The notes under the pieces: generated by a model
What the model saw: only the letters and a program-made list of their open reading frames with translations
What the model was told of the DNA's origin: nothing
The model's database searches: none
Position numbers and translations under genes: made by a program
Assembly (NCBI GenBank): GCA_021825465.1
Contig: JAKAGX010000001.1
Location: forward strand, 5,347 to 69,346
Direction of reading: 5' to 3'
Source of the DNA: a bacterium
Lineage (GTDB): Bacteria; Patescibacteriota; Minisyncoccia; UBA6257; GWB1-50-10
DNA length: 64,000 bases
Part shown: positions 56,540-64,000 of the stretch, piece after piece
How positions within the stretch are numbered: the first letter of the stretch is position 1
Layout: each line of letters starts with the position of its first letter

Positions 56540-56568
56540 ATTCTACCACAAGGTTAAAAAGTAGTCAA
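56540..56568 (-). promoter_or_regulatory. Sigma70-like promoter TTGACT-17-TAGAAT upstream of 55506..56522
   Basis: On the minus strand the -35 is ttgact (56563-56568), the spacer is 17 nt and the -10 is tagaat (56540-56545). The ATG is 17 nt downstream. Confidence 0.55.
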
Positions 56569-57477
56569 CTAGTCCTTCTTCTGCCACAGATACAGGAGCG
56601 GGCTCGCAACAAATATGGAAGAATAGGTTCCAAAAATAGTGCCGATCAGTATCGTAAGGATGAAATAAAAGAGGGATTGCGGGCCGAATACGAGGAGTGC
56701 AACGAGGACCAAGACGAGCGTGAAGGACGTATTCACAGACCTCGCAAATGTCTCGCGGACGCTGTAGTCGATGACCTCCGCAAGCGATGTCTTCTTTCCC
56801 CGGGCAACCAAGAGATTTTCCCGAATTCGGTCGAAGACGACGATGGTATCGTGAACGGAAAAGCCCATGATGACCAAAAGCGCCACGATGAAATTGGTAT
56901 CTATTTCAATGCCCTTGAAAAATCCGAGAAGCGCCAAAAAACCCGCCGGGATCGAAACGTCGTGAACGAGCGTCGCAAGCGTTATCAGTCCGTATTTCCA
57001 CGACTTGACCGGCTCCGAAACTTTCCGGAAGGCGTACGCGATGTAGAGGGAAATGCCGATCAAAACGAGGATGATGGCGGTCATTGATTTGTGCGCCAGC
57101 TCGCTCCCCACCGTGGGGCCGATGCTCGAAAAATTCTCGTCGTTGAAGCTTCCGATCTTCGTCTTCAGGGCGTCGGCATACTGTTGATGGCTTGCTTCGC
57201 TCATCTCCGGCGTTTCGATATCGAACTGATTCGGACCGAGGCTCCTCACCGTCAATTCCGAAAGACCCGCGGACGAAAGCACCGATTGCACCTCGGAAAC
57301 CGAAACGTTTCCGCTTGTGAACGCAACTTGCCATTCGGTCCCCCCCGAAAGATCGATTCCCGGCTTCAAGCCGAGGAAAATGACGCACAGCCAACTTGCA
57401 AGGACAATGACCGCCGCGAACGACAAATAGTATTTCCTGTTTTCTACGACGTTCAAAAATTTCATTTTGGTGTTCAT
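56569..57477 (-). CDS. secF: Protein translocase subunit SecF
   Basis: It has 6 TM and matches the SecF pattern. It overlaps secD by 4 nt. Confidence 0.8.
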   Translation of the reverse strand: MNTKMKFLNVVENRKYYLSFAAVIVLASWLCVIFLGLKPGIDLSGGTEWQVAFTSGNVSVSEVQSVLSSAGLSELTVRSLGPNQFDIETPEMSEASHQQYADALKTKIGSFNDENFSSIGPTVGSELAHKSMTAIILVLIGISLYIAYAFRKVSEPVKSWKYGLITLATLVHDVSIPAGFLALLGFFKGIEIDTNFIVALLVIMGFSVHDTIVVFDRIRENLLVARGKKTSLAEVIDYSVRETFARSVNTSFTLVLVLVALLVFGPQSLFYFILTILIGTIFGTYSSIFVASPLLYLWQKKD

Positions 57478-58778
57478 GCCAGTTGTTTCTTTTCGCGGCT
57501 TTCAAAAACCCTGAGGAGCGTTCGCGTGGTGGTTATGGCGGAAAACAAGCTCACGAGGACCCCGATAAAAAGAGACAAAGCGAAGCCCTGCACGAAACTC
57601 GACGTAAAATAGTAAAGGACTGCCGACGTAATGAGAGTCGACACGTTCGAATCCCGAATGGATGTCCATGCCCGCTTGAATCCTTCCTCGACCGCGGAAG
57701 CATGGCTCAAACCGCGCTGGAGCTCCTCCTTCGTCCGTTCAAAAACCAAAACATTCGCATCGACGGCCATGCCGATGGACAAGATAAAACCGGCGATCCC
57801 CGACAGCGTCATCGTAACCGGCACGATCTTGAAGATGGCGAGCGTGATCGCAATATAAATAAGAAGCGCTACCGAAGCAAAGATGCCGAGTTTCTTGTAA
57901 TAAATGAGCATGAAGACCATGACCGCCAAGGTTCCCACGATGCCTGCCAAGATAGCCGTGTCGAGCGCATTTTTACCGAAATTGGAACTTATCGTTTGCT
58001 GATTCACGAGCGTGATCGGAGCCGGAAGAGCGCCGGCATTGAACCGCTCAACGAGCGTTTGAGCGGTTTGGACCGTGAAGTTTCCCGTTATTTCGGCTTT
58101 TCCGCCGGTTATCGTCTCCTGGACCACCGGCATTTCGATCAACTGATCGTCCAAAAATATCGCAATGGGCTTTCCGACATTCTTTGAGGTCAAATCCTGG
58201 AACAGCGTTGCGCCTTCAGAATTGAATTCGATGTCCACTTGGGGCTGATTGGTCACCGAATTGAAAGACATTTGAGCTCCGACGACATACCTGCCATTCA
58301 AACCGGTCGGAATGAATGCGAGATTTTGGCCGGCAAGGGTCGACGTCGAAGAAGTCGAGAGCGCAGCAGTCGACGTAGCCGGGATCTCTTGAACCTCCCG
58401 AAAATCCAAAAACGGCGTTGCGCCGATCTCTTTGATGGCTTGATTGACATCCTTCACGCCCGCAAGCTCCACGACCAGCCGCTCATTGCTCCCTACGGTC
58501 TCGATGTAAACCTTTGGTTCGGAAACGCCGAAGAGGTTCACCCTCTTTTCAATGACATCGCGAAGGCCGTTCACAACGGACTGTTCGTCCGCCGCCGGAA
58601 CTTTCGAGAGATCGATGTTGTACGTCAAAACGCTCCCTCCCGCCAAATCCAGACCGAGATTCCAGGGCCGGAAGTTCGAGATCGTCCCCCACAGCGGCTG
58701 ATAATCAAAAATGCCGGCAACGACTGCGATGGCCACAATGATGAAAAGCAGCGTTTTTGGTTTCAGTTTCTGAAACAT
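57474..58778 (-). CDS. secD: Protein translocase subunit SecD
   Basis: It has an N-terminal TM, a periplasmic domain and a C-terminal 6-TM bundle including 'LSGIAGFILSIGMAVDANVLVFER'. Confidence 0.8.
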   Translation of the reverse strand: MFQKLKPKTLLFIIVAIAVVAGIFDYQPLWGTISNFRPWNLGLDLAGGSVLTYNIDLSKVPAADEQSVVNGLRDVIEKRVNLFGVSEPKVYIETVGSNERLVVELAGVKDVNQAIKEIGATPFLDFREVQEIPATSTAALSTSSTSTLAGQNLAFIPTGLNGRYVVGAQMSFNSVTNQPQVDIEFNSEGATLFQDLTSKNVGKPIAIFLDDQLIEMPVVQETITGGKAEITGNFTVQTAQTLVERFNAGALPAPITLVNQQTISSNFGKNALDTAILAGIVGTLAVMVFMLIYYKKLGIFASVALLIYIAITLAIFKIVPVTMTLSGIAGFILSIGMAVDANVLVFERTKEELQRGLSHASAVEEGFKRAWTSIRDSNVSTLITSAVLYYFTSSFVQGFALSLFIGVLVSLFSAITTTRTLLRVFESREKKQLA

Positions 58779-58803
58779 CGGATATAGTTTATAATGAAAG
58801 CGA

Positions 58804-59826
58804 ATGAAAAATCAACTGGTGACCCTCGTACTTTCCGAGGTTCCCAAGGCGGTGAGGGGGAAGGTTTTTAAATCCGAGACGCAAAAAAGCTCTCCGCACT
58901 ATTTCCCCTCGTCCGTTCCCCATTTGGTGACCGTCGGCGAAGAAAAGAAGAAGATCGACGGGAGCGAAGTAACCTTTTCGATCCTCGGCTATATCCCCTA
59001 CATTCTCGTCATTCAAGCATCGATCGAGCTCAAAAACATCTTCGATCGCGAGCAAACGAGCGATTGGGAAAAGAGGTTGTACGAGGAAAGCTACACGATC
59101 GTCAAAAAGTGGGGCGGCAGCGAAGACATGAGCGAAATGTATTCGATCTTCGAGATCTCGGGATACGTCGGCGATCCGGAACAATTCCTCGTCCATGCCT
59201 CGACGATGGCCTCGCTCCTCAAATCGGAAACCATCAGCCTCGACCCGAAAGAGGTGGAGTACACTCTTTCCGCGCAAATCAAATACGCCAAACACGACCT
59301 CTCGATCATCGACTGGGACGGCGCGTTCCTTTTTGACGTCGAAGGCGACTTCGGCTTGGCCGTGGAACTTTTAATGCTCGCCAATCTCCAGCTCCTCCGC
59401 CACCGCATCCTCGACAAACGGTTGGACAACCAGCTTTTGAACATCCAAGACATCATGAAAAAACTCGGCGAAAAGAAATGGTTCTCCTCAACGAAGGCCG
59501 TTTCCGACGCAGCAAAGGATATCCTCGATCGGCGGCTGACATGGATTTCGGCATTCGAGTCGCTCGAACGGGACATCAAGCTCATCGGCGAGTGGTACTC
59601 GGCGCGATTTTACGACCTTGCAAGCCGCAAGCTTAAGTTGAGCGATTGGCGGACGGACGTCAAGGAAAAACTGGACTCGCTCGAGGATATTTATTCCTCC
59701 CTTGTGGAAAATTTCTCGGTTTCAGCAAAAGATCGAGCCGAATGGGTGGAACTCATCGCATGGTTCGTGCTCCAGGTCGGCTGGTTCATCCTCATCATTC
59801 TCGAGTTCCTCTACTTTACGAAATAA
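58804..59826 (+). CDS. Hypothetical protein with C-terminal TM helix (possibly DUF155/RMD1-like)
   Basis: The 340 aa ORF is soluble except for the C-terminal hydrophobic 'LIAWFVLQVGWFILIILEFLYF'. The family assignment is weak. Confidence 0.4.
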   Translation: MKNQLVTLVLSEVPKAVRGKVFKSETQKSSPHYFPSSVPHLVTVGEEKKKIDGSEVTFSILGYIPYILVIQASIELKNIFDREQTSDWEKRLYEESYTIVKKWGGSEDMSEMYSIFEISGYVGDPEQFLVHASTMASLLKSETISLDPKEVEYTLSAQIKYAKHDLSIIDWDGAFLFDVEGDFGLAVELLMLANLQLLRHRILDKRLDNQLLNIQDIMKKLGEKKWFSSTKAVSDAAKDILDRRLTWISAFESLERDIKLIGEWYSARFYDLASRKLKLSDWRTDVKEKLDSLEDIYSSLVENFSVSAKDRAEWVELIAWFVLQVGWFILIILEFLYFTK

Positions 59827-59885
59827 GCAGATTATATAGTAGTTACAATCTATCTCTGCCGCATATCTACGTATATCCGCTCTAT

Positions 59886-60767
59886 CTAAAAAACCTTCAC
59901 GAAGCGGAGCGGGTCGACGGAGACGCCGTTCACCTTGATCGAGATATGGAGATGATCGCCGGTCGAGAGTCCCGTGTCACCCACAAGGCCGATGACCGTC
60001 CCCTTCTTCACTTCTTGCCCTACGCTCGCCACGATCTTCGAAAGGTGCAGATACATCGAATAGATCCCCTCGCCGTGATCGACGACAACCATATTGCCGT
60101 ACGAGACCGTCGATGTCGCGAATCGTACAATGCCTGCTTGCATCGCGCCGACGGCGCTCCCGGCGGGCGATGCAAAGTCGGTACCAAGATGCCAAAATTC
60201 TTGGCTCCCCATCTTTCGCAAGATTCCGTACCAGTCGGTGATGTGCGTGTTATTCAAAAGAGGCAACCCGAACGCGCCGGTGATATACGACTGCGGCGTC
60301 ACGGCATTCAAGATCTTGTCGAGCGTCGCATTTTCGTCATTCAAGCTTTGAACGAGTTCGGTCGGCGTCATGCCGATTTGCGGCGGAACGGCGAAGGTTT
60401 CCACCGTTATTTTTTTCTTTAAAACATCGATCCACTTTACCCTTGTCGCACCGTCCGCGAACGCAAGCGTTATTTTTTGCCAACCGGTTTGCGCCGTGAC
60501 CTTCAGCCCGACCGCCGCAATGTACCTTCCTCCGTACGGAAAGAAGTTCGCCGTTTCGCCCCCGAGCGTGGCGGTTTGCGGCGCGCTTGCGCTTCCCGAA
60601 ACCGTGATCCGTACCGTATCGCCTTGGACAGGATACATATTGGAAACGGAGATCGAAAGGACCGCAGCAGAAGAAAAAGAGGCAAGGGAAATGCCCGAAA
60701 TGAACAGTATGCAAAAGATGGTCTTTTTCATTGGTCTTCTACTTATTATAACGGCCGAGGGCGGCAA
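59886..60767 (-). CDS. M23-family metallopeptidase
   Basis: It has 'HLGTDFASPAGSAVGAMQAG', 'VVVDHGEGIYSMYLHLS' and 'GDTGLSTGDHLHISI', the HxxxD and HxH motifs. Confidence 0.8.
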   Translation of the reverse strand: MPPSAVIISRRPMKKTIFCILFISGISLASFSSAAVLSISVSNMYPVQGDTVRITVSGSASAPQTATLGGETANFFPYGGRYIAAVGLKVTAQTGWQKITLAFADGATRVKWIDVLKKKITVETFAVPPQIGMTPTELVQSLNDENATLDKILNAVTPQSYITGAFGLPLLNNTHITDWYGILRKMGSQEFWHLGTDFASPAGSAVGAMQAGIVRFATSTVSYGNMVVVDHGEGIYSMYLHLSKIVASVGQEVKKGTVIGLVGDTGLSTGDHLHISIKVNGVSVDPLRFVKVF

Positions 60768-62037
60768 AAGTTTCTTCCTTCAATTCTTTCAATGTCCCTT
60801 CCATGATCGCCTCCCTGATCTTCGCCATAAGGTCGTTGAAAAACCAAACATTGTGGATCGTTGCCAGCCTCCCTGCTTCTTGATCCTTTGCCTTGAAAAG
60901 ATCGTGCAACTCCTTGCGAGAAATTTCCCGCAAGCAGACGGGGCACGAACAATCGTTTTCGATCTTTCCTTTATCTTCCGCATACTTTCCTTTTCGAACA
61001 TCGAAACGACCCCGCTTCGTCCAGAGAGATCCGTGGCGCGCCTCTCTTGTCGGTATCACGCAATCGAATGTGTCGATCCCCCGTTCGACGCCCGCAAAGA
61101 TATCCTCGATGCGCCCGATGCCCAAGAGATGGCGCGGACGCCCTTCGGGGAGAAGCGGCGTCACCCAGTCGAGAACATCGAGCATTTCTTCCTTGCCGAA
61201 CGATCCGCCGATGCCGAAACCATCGAATGCCATCGATCCCACGATCCGCGCGCTTTCTTCCCGCAGGTCCTTGAACTCACCTCCTTGGACGATACCGTAG
61301 AGCGCTTGATCTTCCCGCTTTTTCGCCGCAAGCGACCGCAGGGCCCACCGATGCGTCCGCGCCATGCTTCCTTTCGTATACTCGTAATCGTTCAAAGGCG
61401 ACGTACATTCGTCGAACGCGAAGATGATATCGGCACCGAGCTTCTCCTGAATGTGCATCGAGATCTCCGGGTTCAGGAACCGCTCTTCTCCATCGTAAAA
61501 ATAGACCCCTTCTTCGGTTATCTTTACCAAGTTCCTATCGCTTCTTCCCGAATGCACGTTATCTCTCGTCGCCGGTTGTTCTTCGGCTCCAGCGGCCGAA
61601 GCCAACCTGCGCTCTCGCGCCGTCGAATCCGCTTCGCGAATACCAAGCTCGACGGTGCTCCGAGAGCCGCCTCGAGACAACGTGCTTTCGGGAAACCTCT
61701 GCGCTATCTTTCCGATTTTGTGTTCCCGGCCGAAACCGAAGCTGAAAACCTGGAAACCCCCGCTGTCGGTCATGAGGGGTCCCTGCCATTTCATCTTTTT
61801 ATGAAGGCCTTTGAAGGTTTCCAATTCATCGCCTAAATCCTTCCACATATGATACGTGTTCACGATGACGATCTCGGTTTTCGTTTCCGCGATATCCTCC
61901 GGTGCAAGCGTCCGGACGGCAGCATTCGTCCCGACCATGGTATAGGCGGGCGTTTCAACGGTGCCGTGGGGCGTTTCAATGACGCCCACTCGAGCGCGCG
62001 AATCTTTATCTTTTTTTACAACTTTAAAACTAAACAT
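60739..62037 (-). CDS. tgt: Queuine tRNA-ribosyltransferase (tRNA-guanine transglycosylase) with ~70 aa Ser/Arg/Ala-rich insertion
   Basis: It has the nucleophile motif 'LMTDSGGFQVFS', the zinc site 'CSCPVC' and the N-terminal 'FKVVKKDKDSRARVGVIETPHGTVETPAYTMVGT'. The start was moved to the internal Met. Confidence 0.85.
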   Translation of the reverse strand: MFSFKVVKKDKDSRARVGVIETPHGTVETPAYTMVGTNAAVRTLAPEDIAETKTEIVIVNTYHMWKDLGDELETFKGLHKKMKWQGPLMTDSGGFQVFSFGFGREHKIGKIAQRFPESTLSRGGSRSTVELGIREADSTARERRLASAAGAEEQPATRDNVHSGRSDRNLVKITEEGVYFYDGEERFLNPEISMHIQEKLGADIIFAFDECTSPLNDYEYTKGSMARTHRWALRSLAAKKREDQALYGIVQGGEFKDLREESARIVGSMAFDGFGIGGSFGKEEMLDVLDWVTPLLPEGRPRHLLGIGRIEDIFAGVERGIDTFDCVIPTREARHGSLWTKRGRFDVRKGKYAEDKGKIENDCSCPVCLREISRKELHDLFKAKDQEAGRLATIHNVWFFNDLMAKIREAIMEGTLKELKEETFAALGRYNK

Positions 62038-62059
62038 AAAACTTCTTCGGCGCGATGAC

Positions 62060-62118
62060 GGCATTTCCGCGAAGGCTAAGACTTGAGCCTCCCCGGAGAC
62101 AGCCTGAGCGGGAATGCC
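62060..62118. repeat. Structured intergenic repeat element, copy B
   Basis: The outer stem ggcatttccgc/gcgggaatgcc has one G-U pair. Its sequence differs from copy A but complementarity is preserved. The same loop core 'cgcgaaggctaaga ... ccccggag ... agcct' is present. It lies between the tgt start and the FAD-oxidase stop. Confidence 0.55.
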
Positions 62119-62135
62119 GACCGAGCGCCGATCCC

Positions 62136-63779
62136 CTACTTCTTCATGTGCTCCGCTGCGTATTGGAGCGTATCCCCCACTTTCTTCCCCGGATTGAAAA
62201 TGCCATCCGGATCGAAGATCTTTTTCGTCTCTGTAAAGAGCGAAATGATCTTTTCACCGTACATTTCCTTGAGGTACGGCGTCCGGATGATCCCGTCGTT
62301 ATGCTCGGCAGTGATGGAACCGCCGTATTTGAAGATCAATTGATAGACCTGTTCCGTCACCTCCGGGATGATCTTCCGCGTTTCCGGATCGTCCATATGC
62401 ACGAGCGGGATGATGTGGAAATTCCCGTTCCCCGGGTGGCCGGCGATCGTATAGACCAGTTTGTCCTTGTATTTGTCGAGGATCGCGTTCACCTGCGGCA
62501 ATATTTCGGGCATATATTTCGGCTCGACAATGATGTCATCGATGAAGGCAGCGGCATCCATTCCCTTCACGTGGCTGTGGATCAAGGCGAAGCTTTGCCG
62601 GCGGATGGTCCAGTACTCTTCTGATTCGGCATCGCTCTTCACGTTCCGGACCAAGAGCTTGTATTTTGTGGCTGCCGCGACGATCTCCTGGGCTTTCCGC
62701 TCCAATTCTTTTTCGTCGTCGGCCGTTACGGAAACGAGAATGATCATTTTCGGCATTCCTCCGCTCCGGAGGAGCATCCCGATCTCGGGAATGAACTCGA
62801 ACATAAGCTTGAAAAGGCCGCCTTTCATGAGCTTCATCAGGGTCGGGAAAAAGCGGATCGCAAGACCCATCGTTTTGTCGTCGTACGATTCGATGCTTTC
62901 GGGTTTCAAGGCCAAAAGGTCGTTCACGAGATCCGGCACGGGATCGAGCGTCTTCGAAAAGATGACGACAAGCCGGGTGTATTTCGGCGCAGGGACCAAG
63001 CGGAGGCGAGCTGCCGTCAAAAGCCCGAAGGTCCCCTGCGACCCCACGATCACTTTCGTGATATCGAAGGTTTTTTTGTCCCACACGTTCCACAAATAGT
63101 AGCCGGCGGAGTTTTTGCTGACCTTCGGCTTCGCAGCCATAATCGTTTCATAGTTGTCGTTGATCAACTGATAGAGTTTCCGGTAAACATCGCCTTCGAA
63201 GCCTTGTTCCTTGAGCTTTGCTTCGAGTTTTTCCCCCGATAAAGGCTCGAGATAATGTTCTTTGCCGTCGGCGAGAACGATATGAAGGCCCTCGACGAAA
63301 TTTTCCGTTTTACCGTACTGCAGGGTCAGTTCGCCGCCGGAGTTGTTATTTACCATTCCTCCGAGTGCGCACAGGTCCTTCGATGCCGGATATGCCGGAT
63401 AAAGCAGATTTTTCGCCTTCAGCTCCCGCTCCAAATCGCGGAAGTAAACGCCGGGCTCCACGACGACATATCCTTCCTTTTCATTGATCTCTCGGACGTG
63501 GTTGAAATACTTCGTGAATTCGACGATGACCGATTCGTTCAAGGGCCCGCCTGACATATCGGTCCCTGCAGATCGGCCGGTCACGGATATTTTTTCGCCT
63601 GCCTTCTTTTTCGCTTCCGCGAATTGAACGAGCTTCTCGACATCTTCCTTGTCTTTCGGAAAAACGACGGTTTCCGGCCGTACGTTGAAGATCGAATAAT
63701 CATGACTGTAATCCGCCAAGGTTTTCTCGTCGTTTGCTACATCTCCCTTTACAATTTTTTTTAATTCATCTATGAGCAT
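62136..63779 (-). CDS. FAD-linked oxidase (GlcD/D-lactate dehydrogenase-like)
   Basis: The FAD_binding_4 motif is 'VTGRSAGTDMSGGPL'. The C-terminal 'GGSITAEHNDGIIRTPYL ... IFDPDGIFNPGK' is an FAD-oxidase_C signature. Confidence 0.75.
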   Translation of the reverse strand: MLIDELKKIVKGDVANDEKTLADYSHDYSIFNVRPETVVFPKDKEDVEKLVQFAEAKKKAGEKISVTGRSAGTDMSGGPLNESVIVEFTKYFNHVREINEKEGYVVVEPGVYFRDLERELKAKNLLYPAYPASKDLCALGGMVNNNSGGELTLQYGKTENFVEGLHIVLADGKEHYLEPLSGEKLEAKLKEQGFEGDVYRKLYQLINDNYETIMAAKPKVSKNSAGYYLWNVWDKKTFDITKVIVGSQGTFGLLTAARLRLVPAPKYTRLVVIFSKTLDPVPDLVNDLLALKPESIESYDDKTMGLAIRFFPTLMKLMKGGLFKLMFEFIPEIGMLLRSGGMPKMIILVSVTADDEKELERKAQEIVAAATKYKLLVRNVKSDAESEEYWTIRRQSFALIHSHVKGMDAAAFIDDIIVEPKYMPEILPQVNAILDKYKDKLVYTIAGHPGNGNFHIIPLVHMDDPETRKIIPEVTEQVYQLIFKYGGSITAEHNDGIIRTPYLKEMYGEKIISLFTETKKIFDPDGIFNPGKKVGDTLQYAAEHMKK

Positions 63780-63780
63780 A

Positions 63781-63900
63781 AAGATTTACAAAATTCCAAA
63801 ATCCAAATTTCAAATATCAAATCAAACCCAAATGACTGAATGTCAAAATGTTATCCGTTTTTGGCATTTGGATTTCATGCATTGATTTGGCATTTGTCAT
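63781..63900. promoter_or_regulatory. AT-rich intergenic island with short repeats upstream of the FAD-oxidase
   Basis: It contains 'aaaattccaaaatccaaatttcaaatatcaaa' and the direct repeats 'ttggcatttg ... ttggcatttg'. Confidence 0.4.
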
Positions 63901-64000
63901 TTGAACTTTGATATTAGATCCTTCAAATCCTTGACGACCTCTTCGGCATGAACCGCGGGATTCACATCCTTATAAATCTTTGCGATTTTTCCCTTCGGAT

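Noticed and set aside
62038-62064. A longer tgt start, 'MPSSRRRSFMFSFKV...'.
   Set aside because: Tgt orthologs begin at the 'MFSFKVVKKD...RARVG' equivalent. The extension would run into the structured repeat at 62060.
1-64000. rRNA genes or CRISPR arrays anywhere in the window.
   Set aside because: No rRNA-like conserved segments were found. No regularly spaced direct repeats of 25-40 nt with unique spacers were found.

Overview
This 64 kb window is moderately GC-rich and gene-dense, with about 85% of genes on the minus strand. Gene content suggests a reduced-genome, CPR/Patescibacteria-like bacterium. Supporting signs are a short aspartyl-tRNA synthetase (AspRS) lacking the GAD insertion domain, a ComEC DNA-uptake channel, two paralogous type IV coupling-protein-like ATPases, many short hypothetical proteins, leaderless or near-leaderless promoters and AT-rich intergenic islands; this is an inference from gene content only. 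Recognisable housekeeping genes include nth, a P1B-type P-type ATPase, ppsA, an MOFRL-family glycerate kinase, a thioredoxin-like protein plus CcdA, an adenylate-kinase-like protein, aspS, ComEC split into two ORFs, mnmA, efp, a GH1 beta-glucosidase, a GH5-like hydrolase, a DMT transporter, a GT28-like glycosyltransferase, pepA (M17), cutA, secD/secF, an M23 peptidase, tgt and an FAD-linked oxidase. The main feature is a 27 kb co-directional minus-strand array at 24522..51449 containing 13 tandem paralogs of a 553-603 aa cysteine-rich protein with no signal peptide. Each has paired CxxC zinc-ribbon-like modules at both termini built on a recurring 'FY-x-x-I-x-VPPPT-x-CP-x-CR' signature. Each also has an internally duplicated 'NLFGC-x-GLRNK-x-YCILNKQYSKEEYE' module and a variable middle region with roughly 9-11-residue periodicity. 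Several members are translationally coupled through ATGA overlaps. The array is interrupted by two small islands: an MFS transporter, a hypothetical protein and an excisionase-type HTH at 38760..40756, and a plus-strand hypothetical protein plus a HAD phosphatase at 42449..44545. It is preceded by a near-consensus, almost leaderless sigma70-like promoter and a 62 aa single-TM protein. I do not recognise this as a characterised family or system. Other items worth a second look are a structured intergenic repeat present twice with compensatory stem changes, a 24 nt junction motif shared between array members and the pepA leader, and similar Ser/Arg-rich insertions in MnmA and Tgt. Also notable are a CAD-for-CPC substitution in the P-type ATPase and paired perfect hairpins near 8.2 kb.
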